Shown here one piece after another: positions 12,488 through 25,260 of a stretch of DNA of 64,000 nt. Origin of the DNA: Octopus sinensis (taxonomy: Eukaryota); contig NC_043003.1 of assembly GCF_006345805.1 (NCBI RefSeq), forward strand, positions 45,260,001 to 45,324,000, written 5' to 3'. A program made the translations under genes and the position numbers. The stretch's first letter is position 1. Every line of letters starts with the position of its first letter. Under the pieces are notes generated by a model. The model saw only the letters and a list, made by a program, of their open reading frames with translations. It was not told the DNA's origin and searched no databases.

Positions 12488-13200
12488 TCTCTTTTATTAG
12501 CCGCAGGGGCATAGAAGAGGCGGACATTACAATGTCAGACAACAAGTTATTAGGGGAAATTTACGTAAAGTGTGGGGAGAAAGAAATACAAAAAGTCGAT
12601 GAAATGCGATTAAAATACGTATTGTATACAAAATATGTGATTACATGAACGATGCGGTCCTGCTGATACAGGAGAAACTCTTAGGCTATACTAGGAATCC
12701 CACAGATTTAGGATTACTTTGACGATCAAAGGGACGAGCCTTCTCACATGCTCTCCAATCTAAACGCGCATACTTGCAGTCACCCATCTTTTCACAAATT
12801 CACTGAGAGCACTCACTTCCCTCTCCACTTCACTTCTCTTTCCAAAATTTGATGAGAGTTTTACCGAAGAGGAAGGTGTCTTTTCACAATCATGTCAGCC
12901 TCGACCACCACGCAACCTCTTTCTTGACATAGCTTCTGAACAGAAGTATACTGCCGGCCTTGCTTTGTTAAAGGTGATTGGCGAGGTTATCCTCAAGATG
13001 TAGTCGGCTGATAGACCTTTGCACTCCACACACGATTAAAGTTGTTCGACATAACTCCACAATTCAACAATATTCGGACACTGCACATGTGGGTGCAGGA
13101 CTGTCTTAACTCCCTGTGCGCTTCTCGGGTAGAGCTGTCTAACAGCGATTCAGTGCCTGTAGAGTTTATCCAGAACTTGCTGTGTTCCTCGGTAGCAAAT
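12488..13200 (-). mobile_element. L1-clade (Tx1-like) LINE 3' fragment
   Basis: Minus translation ETVLHPHVQCPNIVELWSYVEQL...EREVSALSEFVKRWVTASMR contains the ORF2 C-terminal zinc-knuckle remnant. The 3' end carries ctaataaaag and resembles the ends at 21538 and 21760. Confidence 0.65.
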
Positions 13201-13391
13201 CTATAAGGTTTTGATAGTGGTGATGGTAGAAGATTTTGGTACAGCTTTTAAGGGTAGGTTAAAGTTAATTATATCGACCTCAGTACTTCACTGGTACTTA
13301 TTTTATCGACGCCGTAATGTTGAAAAAAAAATTCAACCTCAGCGGAATTTCAACAAAGAGCGAAAAGGAGGTCGGAAAGCCGCAGCCTTAG

Positions 13392-13445
13392 TAATGATGA
13401 TGGTGATGATGATGATGGTGATGATGACGACGATGATGATGATAT

Positions 13446-13532
<87 letters not shown>
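13392..13532. repeat. Compound (GAT)n(TAC)n(TAA)n microsatellite
   Basis: Seen directly. It creates the poly-M/L/I part of ORF 13211-13759. Confidence 0.95.
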
Positions 13533-13533
<1 letters not shown>

Positions 13534-14306
13534 CTACCAGGCCAATGTGATGAAAAATGGAGCAGACCCAAAATGCCGATTCTGCAACGACATGATTGAA
13601 ACAGTGGACCACCTAATCTCTGGATGTAAAGTCTTAGCACCAGTGGAGTATAAATTAAGACATGACAGAGTTGGCCAATATCTCCACTGGCTAATAAGTC
13701 GGCATTACAATATCAAAACTGCCGACAAGTGTATAATCACCACCCTGAGCTGTAACTGAAGGAGAAAATGTAACCATTCTGTGGGACTTTCCAGTACATA
13801 CAGACCAAACCATCAAGGCCAATAAACCAGATATTGTTTGTGAAAGACCAAAACAATAAAGTTTGCTTATTGATCGACATGAGCATCCCCTGTGATCATA
13901 ATATCTCAGCGAAAGAGTTTGACAAGCTCAGAAAATATAAAGACCTACTCATTGAAATTGAGAAAATGTGGCATCTCAAGGCGGTTACAATACCAGTGAT
14001 CGTAGGAGCACTAGGAATGATCAAGAAGGGAACCGAAAATTATATGAGAATGATGCCTGGCTTACCATCCCTGCAAGAAGTGCAAAAGATTGTCTTAACT
14101 GGTACATCACACGTATTGAGAAGAGCATTGTCGATGTAAGAACTGTTGCTGCTCATGCATTTTAATTTAACTTCAAAAAAAAAATGAACGAACTACTGAG
14201 TTTGGTTTAATGGCCTACCAATATACACTATGAGTTTCTTTGCCCTAGGAGTCGGGAAGACACTCGGCAAGAAATGGAAGAAGATTTGAAAGAAGAAGAA
14301 AAAAAA

Positions 14307-14308
<2 letters not shown>
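13533..14308 (+). mobile_element. R4/Dong-type non-LTR retrotransposon, 5'-truncated (CCHC finger plus restriction-like endonuclease)
   Basis: CRFCNDMIETVDHLISGC, YKLRHDRV, ILWDFPVHTD, KANKPDIV, CLLIDMSIP, KYKDL and PVIVGALG, with a frameshift near 13730. The element is flanked by (TAA)n on both sides. Confidence 0.9.
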
Positions 14309-14366
<58 letters not shown>

Positions 14367-14464
14367 GAGCCAATTTCATCAAATACAGAATAGACAACAC
14401 ATCAGAAAGTGATAAGGGAAGAATTTGTGGATAAAATAGTGAAACCTTATGGCATATTACCAGT

Positions 14465-15035
14465 CAATGTACGCCACAATCAAGAAAGAATATAAGAAAC
14501 GCCATGACAATATAGCAAGGATTGCCCATTGGACACTTTGCAACAAGTATGGACTTGACTGAGCAAAGAAGTGGTAGGAATATAAACCCGAAGGCATCAT
14601 CGAAAATGATAATGCAAAGATCCTGTGGGATTATATGATTCAGTGCGACCATGAGATAGGGAATAGGAAACTAGATATAGTGTCCATTGCGAAAGGATGG
14701 ATCATAGATACAGCATGCCCAGCTGACAACAAGGTATGCGATAAGGATGAAAGAAAATTCGATAGATATGACAGGTCAGCGTGTAAGGTTAAGCAGTTGT
14801 GGACGCTGAAAATGCTGGTATTAGTTCTAATAATTGTCGGAGCCCTGGAAAAAGTGAGTAAAAGTTTTGAGAAGTACATGGAACAAATAGGGGCTGCAAT
14901 TATGGTGGAGCACTTGCAGAAAACAGCTCGAATATTCCGGATGGTGCTCGAAAGATAAGGAGTGTTACCTTAGTTCACTGGTAGTGAACAGCTGACACCG
15001 TAGTACATCTCCAGCGTTAGAAGCTGCACAAAGAC
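14465..15035 (+). mobile_element. Second R4/Dong-type RLE 3' fragment (different family)
   Basis: EYKKRHDNIARIAHWTLCNKYG, ENDNAKILWDYMIQCDHEI, IIDTACP and IIVGAL, with stops present. It has a distinct 3' UTR followed by (GAA)n. Confidence 0.85.
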
Positions 15036-15037
15036 AA

Positions 15038-15278
15038 GAAGAAGAAGAAGGAGAAGAAGAAGAAGAAGAAGAAGAAGAAGAAGACGAAGAAGAAGACGAA
15101 GAAGAAGACGAAGAAGAAGACGAAGAAGAAGAAGAAGAAGAAGAAGAAGAAGAAGAAGAAGAAGAAGAAGAAGAAGAAGAAAAAGAGGAAGAAGAAGAAG
15201 AAGAACAACAACAACAACAACAATAACATCAACAACACTAACAACAGCAACAACAACGACGACGACAACAACAACAAA
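15038..15278. repeat. (GAA)n/(GAC)/(CAA)n microsatellite
   Basis: Seen directly. Confidence 0.95.
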
Positions 15279-15439
15279 TGCTTTATCACTTAGGCAGAAC
15301 GCCAACAATCTTAAGGGGAATGACTTATCTTACCCCATCGTTTCCAATACTTGACTGGTCAACTATTTTATCACTCGTGAGGTGATGAAAGGCAAATTCA
15401 ACGATGAAATATTGTCCGACTTCTAGGAGAGTGCGACTG

Positions 15440-15760
15440 ATCCGCACATCAATATTCTAAATTGTAACCCGATAAGGTCCACTTGACTGATTGGCCTGAA
15501 GCCCTCTCAGTTTCAAACCTCAGACCAACAGACGAGCTCCTTCATTTCTCAGTTGATTTTCGATTCCCACTACAATGGAATCTGAACCTCTCGACTGACA
15601 TGCTCCTATTTCCACTACTATCCATGGACACCGGTCTTAATTTCTCTCGCTGCCTTTTCCCACCATATTGTGTGCATCATCTGTGTTCCCTCATTCATCA
15701 GTGCTTACCATAGACCATCAGATATTTAGGATTTTAGCCCTATTCTTGTCCTTATTGCAA
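15440..15760 (+). mobile_element. Possible highly decayed CR1/L2-type LINE 3' remnant
   Basis: The frame EPLD*HAPISTTIHGHRS*FLSLPFP loosely resembles the post-RT L-x-H-R-R...FYRY-HG-CSSEL region. The match is weak. Confidence 0.25.
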
Positions 15761-15959
15761 GCTTCAAATTGCAGCAGGTTAATTGTCACATGAACCGTAA
15801 CTTACGGAGACAATTGGGCACCGTGTTTTGCAACAGCCCTAGCAAGTTGTTTATACGATAGATCTAAATGGCATATGACATGTATTGAGAGAGAAAGATG
15901 ACGAGTGTATTTTTATTGATTTGAGATTTTGGCGCAAACTCAGCTATTTAGGGGATAGG

Positions 15960-16105
15960 AGTAGGTCGTGCTTATTTTATCAAACCCGGAAGTGTAAAAA
16001 GCAAAATCGACATCAGCGGAATTCGAACTCGGAAGGCAAACACAAACGAAATACTGTCAAGTATTTTGCCTGGTGTGCTAATGGCTTAGTCAGCTCGCTG
16101 CCCTA
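15960..16105 (-). mobile_element. Degenerate SINE-B head/core
   Basis: aagcaaaatcgacatcagcggaattcgaactc...gaaatactg...ttttgcctggtgtgctaa matches the reverse complement of the SINE-B 5' part. Confidence 0.6.
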
Positions 16106-16957
16106 CGACACACTTAATACCACTGCTTACAACGTCCTATATTTTGGAGTGTAAGGCAATGTGTGATCCACAAACTCAGCCTACACCAATTGTTCCGTCC
16201 TTATTTTTTAAAAGGTTTTCTTTCTTTTTTCACCGATGGAGAAATAGCCGATATATGCCCCAAACACGTCTAATTGTGACTTTTCTTTTATGATGGTTAT
16301 GGTTATGCATGGACTTTTAAAGTAAAGTGAACCTTTACTTTTTCTCCCAAATGGCATTTTATGATCACAAAATACTCTCAAGAAATTTCCTTCTCCGATA
16401 ACGAAACTAAATCTGCTCCCTTTCTCGCTTTCACCGTAATTTTCTTCGTTTGACAACAAGTGTATGTACGCCTGTGTGTTGCATTTTTTTATGTATTGCG
16501 AGCGAATTTGCTTTTTCGGATATTAAATTATGACTCGCTGTACTTGAAAGTGAAATATTTTCTAGCTATTTTTCGTCAGAATTTCTTTTAATTCGATTTC
16601 GCTTGTTCAAAGATGAACACAACGTTCTTTCTTAAAGAGACATCGAGCTTTTCTCTTTCCTGTTATTAGCTCTTACAGCTTCTCTTGAACAGGAAACCAT
16701 ATTGACAACAATTGTAAACAAAATTTCGAAAGAAAAAAAATTAGCTTCTAAAACAGATCTCGTCTCCATTTTTGTTATTGAGGTAGACGCGCCGTTTTCC
16801 GACATTCTCTTTCGAGAATAATTCAAACAGGGAGAAAAAAGAATTTCATATTTTAACACTTCTTAATAATCCATATTTTTCTGACAACTCTGCAGCATGT
16901 GCGCACAGGAAGAAATTCAGAAATTTATAACAAAAATAGCAAGAACAGCAATGTAGC

Positions 16958-16972
16958 AGTGATGACGACGAC

Positions 16973-17029
<57 letters not shown>

Positions 17030-17135
17030 GGTGGTGGTGACGATGATGATGATAATGATGATGGCGAGGACGACGACGATGATGATAATGACAATTATGT
17101 CGACGATGACGACGATGATGATGATGATGGTGGTG
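16958..17135. repeat. Compound (GAT)n/(GGT)n/(GAC) microsatellite
   Basis: Seen directly. It is the source of the poly-His and poly-Met ORFs. Confidence 0.95.
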
Positions 17136-17490
17136 GTATTGTTGGTCTTGTTTTTGTTCTTGCAATACTTCCGCTTTTGCATACAGCATTTTCATACAGC
17201 ATTCCGTTGTTCTGCCGGTATTCGACTGCTTGATATCATGCCTCATTCCGGAAACGAAAGTGACTTGCACCTTCCTCTTCGTCAAATGCTGCGCCAAGCG
17301 AACAGGCCTTGTGCTGAATCATCATAACCAATGAAATTTCTTGTAACTCTCCATAAGACTCGAACTATACTTGAATCAATGATGATTTTGCGGCATAACC
17401 GATTAGCCCCTTACCCTCAAAAAGTTTCAGGCCTCCTGCTTAGAATAGATTATTACTGTTCTTCTTGCTGCTGCTACTACTGATACTGCT

Positions 17491-17558
<68 letters not shown>

Positions 17559-17888
17559 TGTCGTTGTTGTTTTGGGTGGTTATGATGGTGGTGTTGGTGG
17601 TTGTCGTGACGCTGGTGGTGTAAGAGATATTGTTGTTATTCTTGTCGTTCGTCTTCGTGTTCTTACTGTTATTACTGTTTTCCTTTGTTATTAATGAAGC
17701 TTACGCGTATGTGTGTGTAGAGATACAAATTCTTGCATATGTGTGTCTGTATGTATATATGCGTGTATATGTGTGTATATGCGTGCATGTACGTGTGAGT
17801 GTATGTATATGTGCGTTTGTGTGTACGGAGAGGGAGACAGAAATCTAGATATTAGTATATGTCGATGTATCTCAGGGTATACAAAATG

Positions 17889-18301
17889 TATTTCTTTATT
17901 GCCCACAAGGGGATAAACATAGAGGAGACAAACAAGGACAGACAAACGGATTATCTCCATTACTTCGATTCCAGTGCGTAACTGGTACTTAATTTATCGA
18001 CCTCGAAATGATGAAAGGCAAAGTCGAACTCGGCGGAATTTGAACTCAGAACGTAACGGCAGACGAAATACCTATTTCTTTACTACCCACAAGAGGCTAA
18101 ACACAGAGAGGACAAACAAGGACAGACAAACGGATTAAGTCGATTATATCGACCCCAGTGCGTAACTGGTACTTATTTAATCAACCCCGAAAGGATGAAA
18201 GGCAAAGTCTACCTCGGCGGAATTTGAACTCAGAACGTAACGGCAGACGAAATACCGCTAATCATTTCGCCCGGCGTGCTAACGATTCTGCCAGCACGCC
18301 G
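17889..18301 (-). mobile_element. SINE-B head-to-tail dimer
   Basis: Full unit 18073-18301 with tRNA-like head (gctggcagaatcgttagcacgccgggcgaaat...gagttcaaattcc) followed by a head-truncated unit 17889-18072. Confidence 0.9.
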
Positions 18302-20999
18302 CACAGAAATTAATATACATGTAACTTCCCTTCGTTACTGTCTCCCACAGTTTTCTGTTTATAATATTTATGCAATTTCTGCCTTAAAATATTTTTTCAG
18401 TTAACTCTATCTCCTATTGCAAGTCCGAAGCTGTCTTTTTCCCCTGCTAAATAAAGCAGTCAATTATCTCTCAAATTGCATCTCAACATTTTAAGAACGG
18501 AGTGGCTCGTTGCAAAATGCAATCTTAATCAAAATTTATATTATATTACAAACTGAATGCTTTACGAGGGGAACTCTGATCAACTTTTACTGAATTATAT
18601 CTCACCTGTCCTCAACAGCATAAACAGCAATTCATTTTCTCTTTTCAATTTTTCTTTATCATCATCCCCATCAGCAGCATAGCATGGACTTGGCTATAAC
18701 TACCACACTACCAACATCATCATTCATTTAAAGTTATTGCTACCATGGCAGTTGTGATTCTTGAAGTAATTAGTATGGCTATTATTTCAGAGTGAGTCCC
18801 AAGCTTTTACATCGTTGCATAGAACTTAAATCTTCCTCGACAATCGCTCCAGGGAATATATATTTCATACCGCACTATTTGGTAATACGTTTTAGTAATG
18901 TTCGCTATTAGTTTCCCCTTGTAGCAATAAATAAACGTGCCTATATCTATCCGTATAAGTAATTTCTGAAAGCGTGTACAAATGGGAATAAATATCAACC
19001 TATCATCTCATATGTAAGTATACACATATTAGACGGTTGAGGCGTTACTTAACGACTATATTTTATTTACTTATTCATTACCTATATTTCTGTCCTTTAC
19101 TCCTAAGTTATGTCATCATGGAAATAGTAGAGGTTTGACATGATGTATCTAGGCTGCAGCAGCAAATTTTGTACACGTAAAAGTAAATGATGGACACAAC
19201 ATCTACAGGGAAATGAATAGGATCGGCTCTACAGGCTGCACAATTTTGAAGACTGAATCTGCGGACATAACAGGATTATTTAGTGCAATTTATGCAACCA
19301 CAGTCATGGTTTTATCTGAGAAGAATTTCCAATTCCAGAAAAGATAGGTGCATGAAATGCATAAAGTATATAGATTAGCAATAGTTTATAGATTAGCAGT
19401 TATGCACTTAGAAATGCTTTACTAAACTCAGGTGCAAAAACAGCTTTTGTAGAACGAAGATAGTAATAGATTTGGTGATGCAGAAACTGTGTACGTTGTC
19501 ACAGAGAATAGAGAGAGAGAGAGTGGGGAGAGACAGACAGACAAAGATTCAAGACATCATAAAAGCAATTGTTACAATAGTTCCGATCTCTATTGAAATG
19601 TTGAATGTGAGAGAGACAAAGGCCCGGATATAGCCTTCCGTGGGGACATTGACTGAAGAGGTTGCTAAGAGCAAGGCACAACACCATTTGATTATAACGG
19701 AATCAACGTTGTAAAATTATTCCTCTTGCTGGTTTGAAGAAACCGTAACGGTTTTGTTTCCGTTATTTCTTTCTGTTTCTTTATTTTTTGTTTCTTTTTC
19801 TACATGCGCTGTCAATGCGTACATGATTGTCACATGAGCAAAGTGGATAAAGAGAGCTTGGAAGTAGTTGTGTCGTATGCAAACACCGTCGAATTGTACA
19901 CAATGTGAACAGGAATGTAGAAGTTTCAGAATGTGAAATATAATTTTAAAATATACAGCACATTTCCCATCTCTCTATGAAATGTAGATATTTAGCTAAA
20001 TATGTCTAATTGCGATACTTTTCTTCTATAGGGAATATATTGTTGCTTCTACAGCTTTATTCATGCTGGGTTTGTAAATCCTAGTCATACCTAGCCCTGT
20101 TTTATTATACACGAAGCATTCTGTTCTAGGAAGTATTAGCATTGTTAAAACTTGTCTTCGTGGTTTCCCGCCATCTAAAACAGAGATCAGGATGGGGTCT
20201 TTATAATATATTCTCTATCCTTAGTAGATATAACAGCCAAATGTTATATAAATTACAAGTTCTTAGGTAGGAGACAATATTCAGTAAAGTAGTTCTTGAT
20301 ATAAACTGTGTCTAAATTGTTTATTTCGTTTTATGGCTGCTTGGCAAGCAATCATTATTAAAAATATTGGCCTATGCCCGAGGTAACCATAGGCTACTGA
20401 TTGATATCAACTTACACGTCATCTTGCAGAACTGAGATGATTGCAAATTTCATGAAATTTATAACTTCTCATTTATCCACGACATTCATTCTTATACTTT
20501 ACAAGTGTCTAATAAATAACTGTGTACAAGTAGTTCTGTTAACGATATACGTATGTATATATATATATATATATATATATGCAAACATACATATGCACAT
20601 ATAAAAGACACATATATATATATGTGTATATGTGTGTATATATGTGTGTGTAGGTGAGTATAAAGAGATAGGATGTATAGAACATACACATAAACGCACA
20701 CACACGCGCACACAAGCGCACGCGCGCACGCGCACGGACACGCACGCACACACTCACTCATGCACACGTACACAGTAGACACACCTTTTGTATAAACCAG
20801 TAAGTAGTATTGTTTATTTTTTTGGTTTTGCCATCTTAAAACCGCCATGTTTGAAATATATCTTGAGTTTTGAAGACGTTTTGTTGTGCCTTACAGTGAA
20901 GTCGTTAATTGGTTATCAATATTGAAGATGCTATAAATCAGAACGCAACACATTCGGACTTGCAACATACCAACACACACTCTCTCTCTCTTTCTCTCG

Positions 21000-21037
<38 letters not shown>

Positions 21038-21408
21038 CTTTCACGCACACACACACATAGACACACATACACACAATTATAATGGCTTATATCAAATATA
21101 TATAATGATATAAATACTCACATGCATACTCTTTATACGTACGATTTCAAACTGACTGCTTCACGTCCCAAGAAGAGAGCGACGCTTACGTATGCACACA
21201 CAAACGTACAGATTCACACACACTCGCCACGCACGCACACAACACACGTTCCTCAAACTCTACAGATAAACGCACATATACATAAATATGGATTGCGAGC
21301 TACCTTCGGTTTTCATATATAAACATTTGTTCATTCATATGTGTGCGGCGAGAAGATGAGATAGATAGATACATAGAGAGAGAGAGAGCGAGAGAGAGAC
21401 GGATAGAC

Positions 21409-21479
<71 letters not shown>

Positions 21480-21537
21480 CAGATAGACAGATAGACAGAT
21501 AGATAGATACATACATACATATATAGATAGATAGATA

Positions 21538-21692
21538 TGTTTCTTTATTAGCCACACAGGGATGAACACAGAGGGGACAAATTACAAAGTAGAGCTTTTC
21601 GGGGGAGGGGGAGAAAAAAGAAAAAAAAAAGAAAACGAAAAAATAAAAAGGGGGTAGGTTTTCGATTAAAAGGGATCGTAAAAAGAGAGAAA

Positions 21693-21695
<3 letters not shown>
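21538..21695 (-). mobile_element. Tx1-like LINE 3' UTR fragment inside a (GATA)n array
   Basis: Near-copy of the terminal part of 21760-22187, with AATAAA on the minus strand and (GATA)n on both sides. Confidence 0.7.
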
Positions 21696-21759
<64 letters not shown>

Positions 21760-22187
21760 TGTTTCTTTATTAGCCACACAGGGCTGCACACAGACAGGAC
21801 AAATTACAAAGTAGAGCTTTTTCTTTTGGGGGTAAAAAAGGGGGTTTGGTTTTCGATCAAAAGAGATCGTAAATGGAAAGAAAGAGGACAAAAAAGGGGG
21901 GGATAAAATTAAAAGAAAAAAAGGGGGAGGGAAAGGGAAAGGAAAAAAATTGATCAATAGGGATCGTTATCACAGAAATGTCAATATAAAGTGTAAAGGG
22001 GAGGACAGATGAGGTTTACCCGTGGAAAGAAAAGCCTACGGAAAAGACCACGGTAACCTCGGTCAATGAATTCACATATATTTTTTTTTTACAAATAAGC
22101 AACTCTCTGTATTAATTTTTACGGTTCATAGGATCATAGTCAAGGTAGATTCGTCATTCATACGTGCCATCCTTGCTACACTCCCCC
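21760..22187 (-). mobile_element. Tx1-like LINE 3' end (last ORF2 codons plus 3' UTR) inside a (GATA)n array
   Basis: Minus strand ...SVARMARMNDESTLTMIL*, then a 3' UTR ending ctaataaagaaaca(tatc)n. (GATA)n resumes at 22188. The terminus resembles that at 12488. Confidence 0.65.
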
Positions 22188-22272
<85 letters not shown>

Positions 22273-23606
22273 AATATATGTAGATATGATGAAAGTCGGG
22301 TCGTGAACGAGTAAGACTACTTCTTAAAACTCATCTTACTCGTACTCACTCTTCAAGTTTGGCCTGCTCATCATTAATGATGTTTCCTGTGGTTGCTATG
22401 TCTTGCAAGGCATTCAACACCGATTACAACTGTAACCCTACTATGTTGACGCTGGAGCCTACGATGCCTAGTGGAAGTATTTTTGAATAAAATTGCTTGT
22501 AAATTCGTATCCTACTACTAGTAATCATTTACCTTTCAAACTTTTTCGGTGCTACATTAGCGTGTGGTCTACCGCAGTATCCGTAATCTACACTGCAAAA
22601 AGATCTCATCTGGATTAAGATTAGGTTTAAGGTTTCCGTTTTTAAAGATGAAGTTAGTGTTACATTGCACGTGAAAGTGTAAATGTCCAATTAGACCGCA
22701 CGTTAAAATAGCGCCATCTTTTCTATTTCTTTTCCTGTATTTTCAGTCTTACTGTATAGCACTTCTGTCAGTCTTTGGACGCTTCCATTAGAATATCAGT
22801 TTCGTGCATGCGGTGAAGTTCATAGCTCTTAGCTCCACTATTCAGCCTTTCTAGTAATTTTCTTAAACCATTCTAAGAACAGCATGTAGTATTCGGAGAG
22901 AGGTAACAAGAAATAAACGTGTTTTGAGAGATCCCAATACTTGAGTGGTATATTTATTATTGATCCCGAAATAATAAAAAAGCAAAGTTGACTTTGGCAT
23001 GATACGAACACAGATCACAAACAATATAACTCTTGTTTTTCTGATTCTCTAACAACTTTGCTATTATACAGCGTATTTGCACAAGCCGTAATTAAGTATT
23101 GGTGTCAATGTATTCTTTATATCCCCCCACAAAATGTTGCTTCGTGTTTATGTTAGAAATCGCTGCAAATTTACTGGTTCACATAAACACATGAGCATAC
23201 ACAAATACACGTAGTTGTAAACACACATACACACATACACACAAGCATAGTGTTTCACACACACAAACACACACACACACACACACACACACGTACATAT
23301 ATATATATATACATTTATACACAAACATATACATAAACAGTTGTACTCACATACATAAAATCCATCATATTCTCAAGTCTTTATTTTCACATACATTCCA
23401 TAGTATTATAAAACACAAGAACAAGTTGTGCATTTACGGGTTCAGCATATAATATAAATATACGCTCTCCTGTACACACTTCCACACATACATTCAGATG
23501 GATTTAAATGATATTTGAACAGGGTTTATTTATTCACACGTTATTTTATAGTTTATGATTAACATTTTTTTTTTATAGAATCTTCGGTTGTTGGCATTTT
23601 GCGTCT

Positions 23607-23900
23607 GTTGATGATGATGATGATGATGATGATGACGGTGGTGGTGGTGGTGGTGCTGGTGGTGCTGGTGCTGGTGCTGGTGGTGCTGGTGCTGGTGCTG
23701 GTGCTGGTGATGATGGTGGTGGTGATGATGATGATGATGATGATAGTGTTGGTGGTGGTGGTGGTGATGATGATGATGATGATAATGATAGCATTGATGG
23801 TTGTGATTGTAGTGATGGTGGTGATGGTGGTTCTGGTGGAACTGGTGCTGCTGGTGGTGGTAGTGGTAGTGGTAGTGGTAGTGACAATGGTTGTCGTAGT
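23607..23900. repeat. Compound (GAT)/(GGT)/(GGTGCT) low-complexity array
   Basis: Seen directly. Confidence 0.95.
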
Positions 23901-24949
23901 GACGGTTGCGTCTTTAATTCGGCAAGTAGTGATGATTATCGTAGTACTCCTGCTGTTGCTGACAGTGGTGATGGTGCCGAAGGAATGGCAGTGGGGAGGG
24001 GTGGCGTACAATCAATCCAGCTTCACCAGATTTAGTCTTCCCGGTAATGAAATTCAAATACTTTTGAGTTACTCTGTAATAACAATTAGCATCATGAGCT
24101 CTAAGAAAAATTTAATTGGATGAATCACAGGCTCATACATCTGATAAAGAATACAGCACTCTGCCTTTATTAGCATTTTACAAATTCTATACCTACAATG
24201 GCAATTTATTTATTGTAGAATTTTATTACAGAATTGAAAATACAAAAGTAAAAACATACAGATATCTGAATTCCGAAAGTCTTTAATTCATCAGCATTGT
24301 AAGAATAACTACGATAAACATGACCGTTTTTCTTTGATTATTTCTTTTCGTTTTTTTTTATTTTTTCATTGTTAATATTTATTTAATTCTTTATTTATTT
24401 ATTTATTTTCAATTTCATTTGTTTGTGATACCGTTTTAGCTCAACTTCAAAGAAGAATCTAAATTTGTTTTATTCAAATCCAATGAAATTGGTGTTAAAT
24501 TTTACGCTATATATATTTTGCTAGTTTTATATAGAAATTCCATAAAAACATACGTAGAATTAACCGAAATTAAAACCTCAGCTGTATTTACAGTTAACAA
24601 GTCAGTTTGTATAAATCTGTTGCCAGACCGTTCGGTGTGTTAAAAAGTTTTGAAAGTGTACAAAAATCCGTTGTACAGATAAGCGGAATCAACTCCCTAA
24701 TAATATAATGGTGTTGTGTATGTCTGTTTATATTTATTCTGTCACGTTTAGATATGTGTCTTATCAATTTGTCAGTCTTTATTTAATTTGATACTAATTA
24801 AATTGAATGTTTAACTGAAGAGTGGGAAGAGAGAACGTTTGACGCAAGAGTATTCTCTATGCTCTGACCATCATTTTGTTTACTGATAAAGACCACAGTC
24901 AAGAGCCCATACACAAATACTGTCGGCGTAATGCATCTATGTCTATGCA

Positions 24950-25260
24950 TTTAGTGCTAGAAGGGTGAAGGCTCACGATCTTAAGGTCGTGAGTTCGATT
25001 CCTGACTGCGCGTTATTTTCTTGAGCAAGACCCTTTAATTCACGTTGTTGCAGTCCACTTGGCTAGGAAAAATATGCTGTACCTGTAACTCAAAGAGCTA
25101 GCTCTGTCACATTCTGTGTCACCCTGAATCTCCATGAAAACTCCATTAAGGATACGCGCGTTTGTGAAAAGCTCAATCACTTGCGTGTTAATTTCACGAG
25201 CAGATTTTTTCGTTGATCACAACAGCAGGAGCACTCGTCGTCGTAATCGACGAAGTGCCC
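24950..25260 (+). mobile_element. SINE family C, diverged copy
   Basis: ggtcgtgagttcgattcc B-box, cttgagcaagac, ttaatttcacgagcag and ctcgtcgtcgtaat align to 59627-59948. Confidence 0.8.

Noticed and set aside
16632-17330. Minus-strand ORF MSENGASTSITK... with a possible GCT|GTAAGA donor and nearby CpG-richer sequence
   Set aside because: It contains long T runs, has no recognisable homology and has no compatible downstream exon.
22708-22724. TAGCGCCATCT as a CTCF site
   Set aside because: Only half the motif is present (the CCAC/CCAG side is missing), and it could equally be a YY1-like or chance match.
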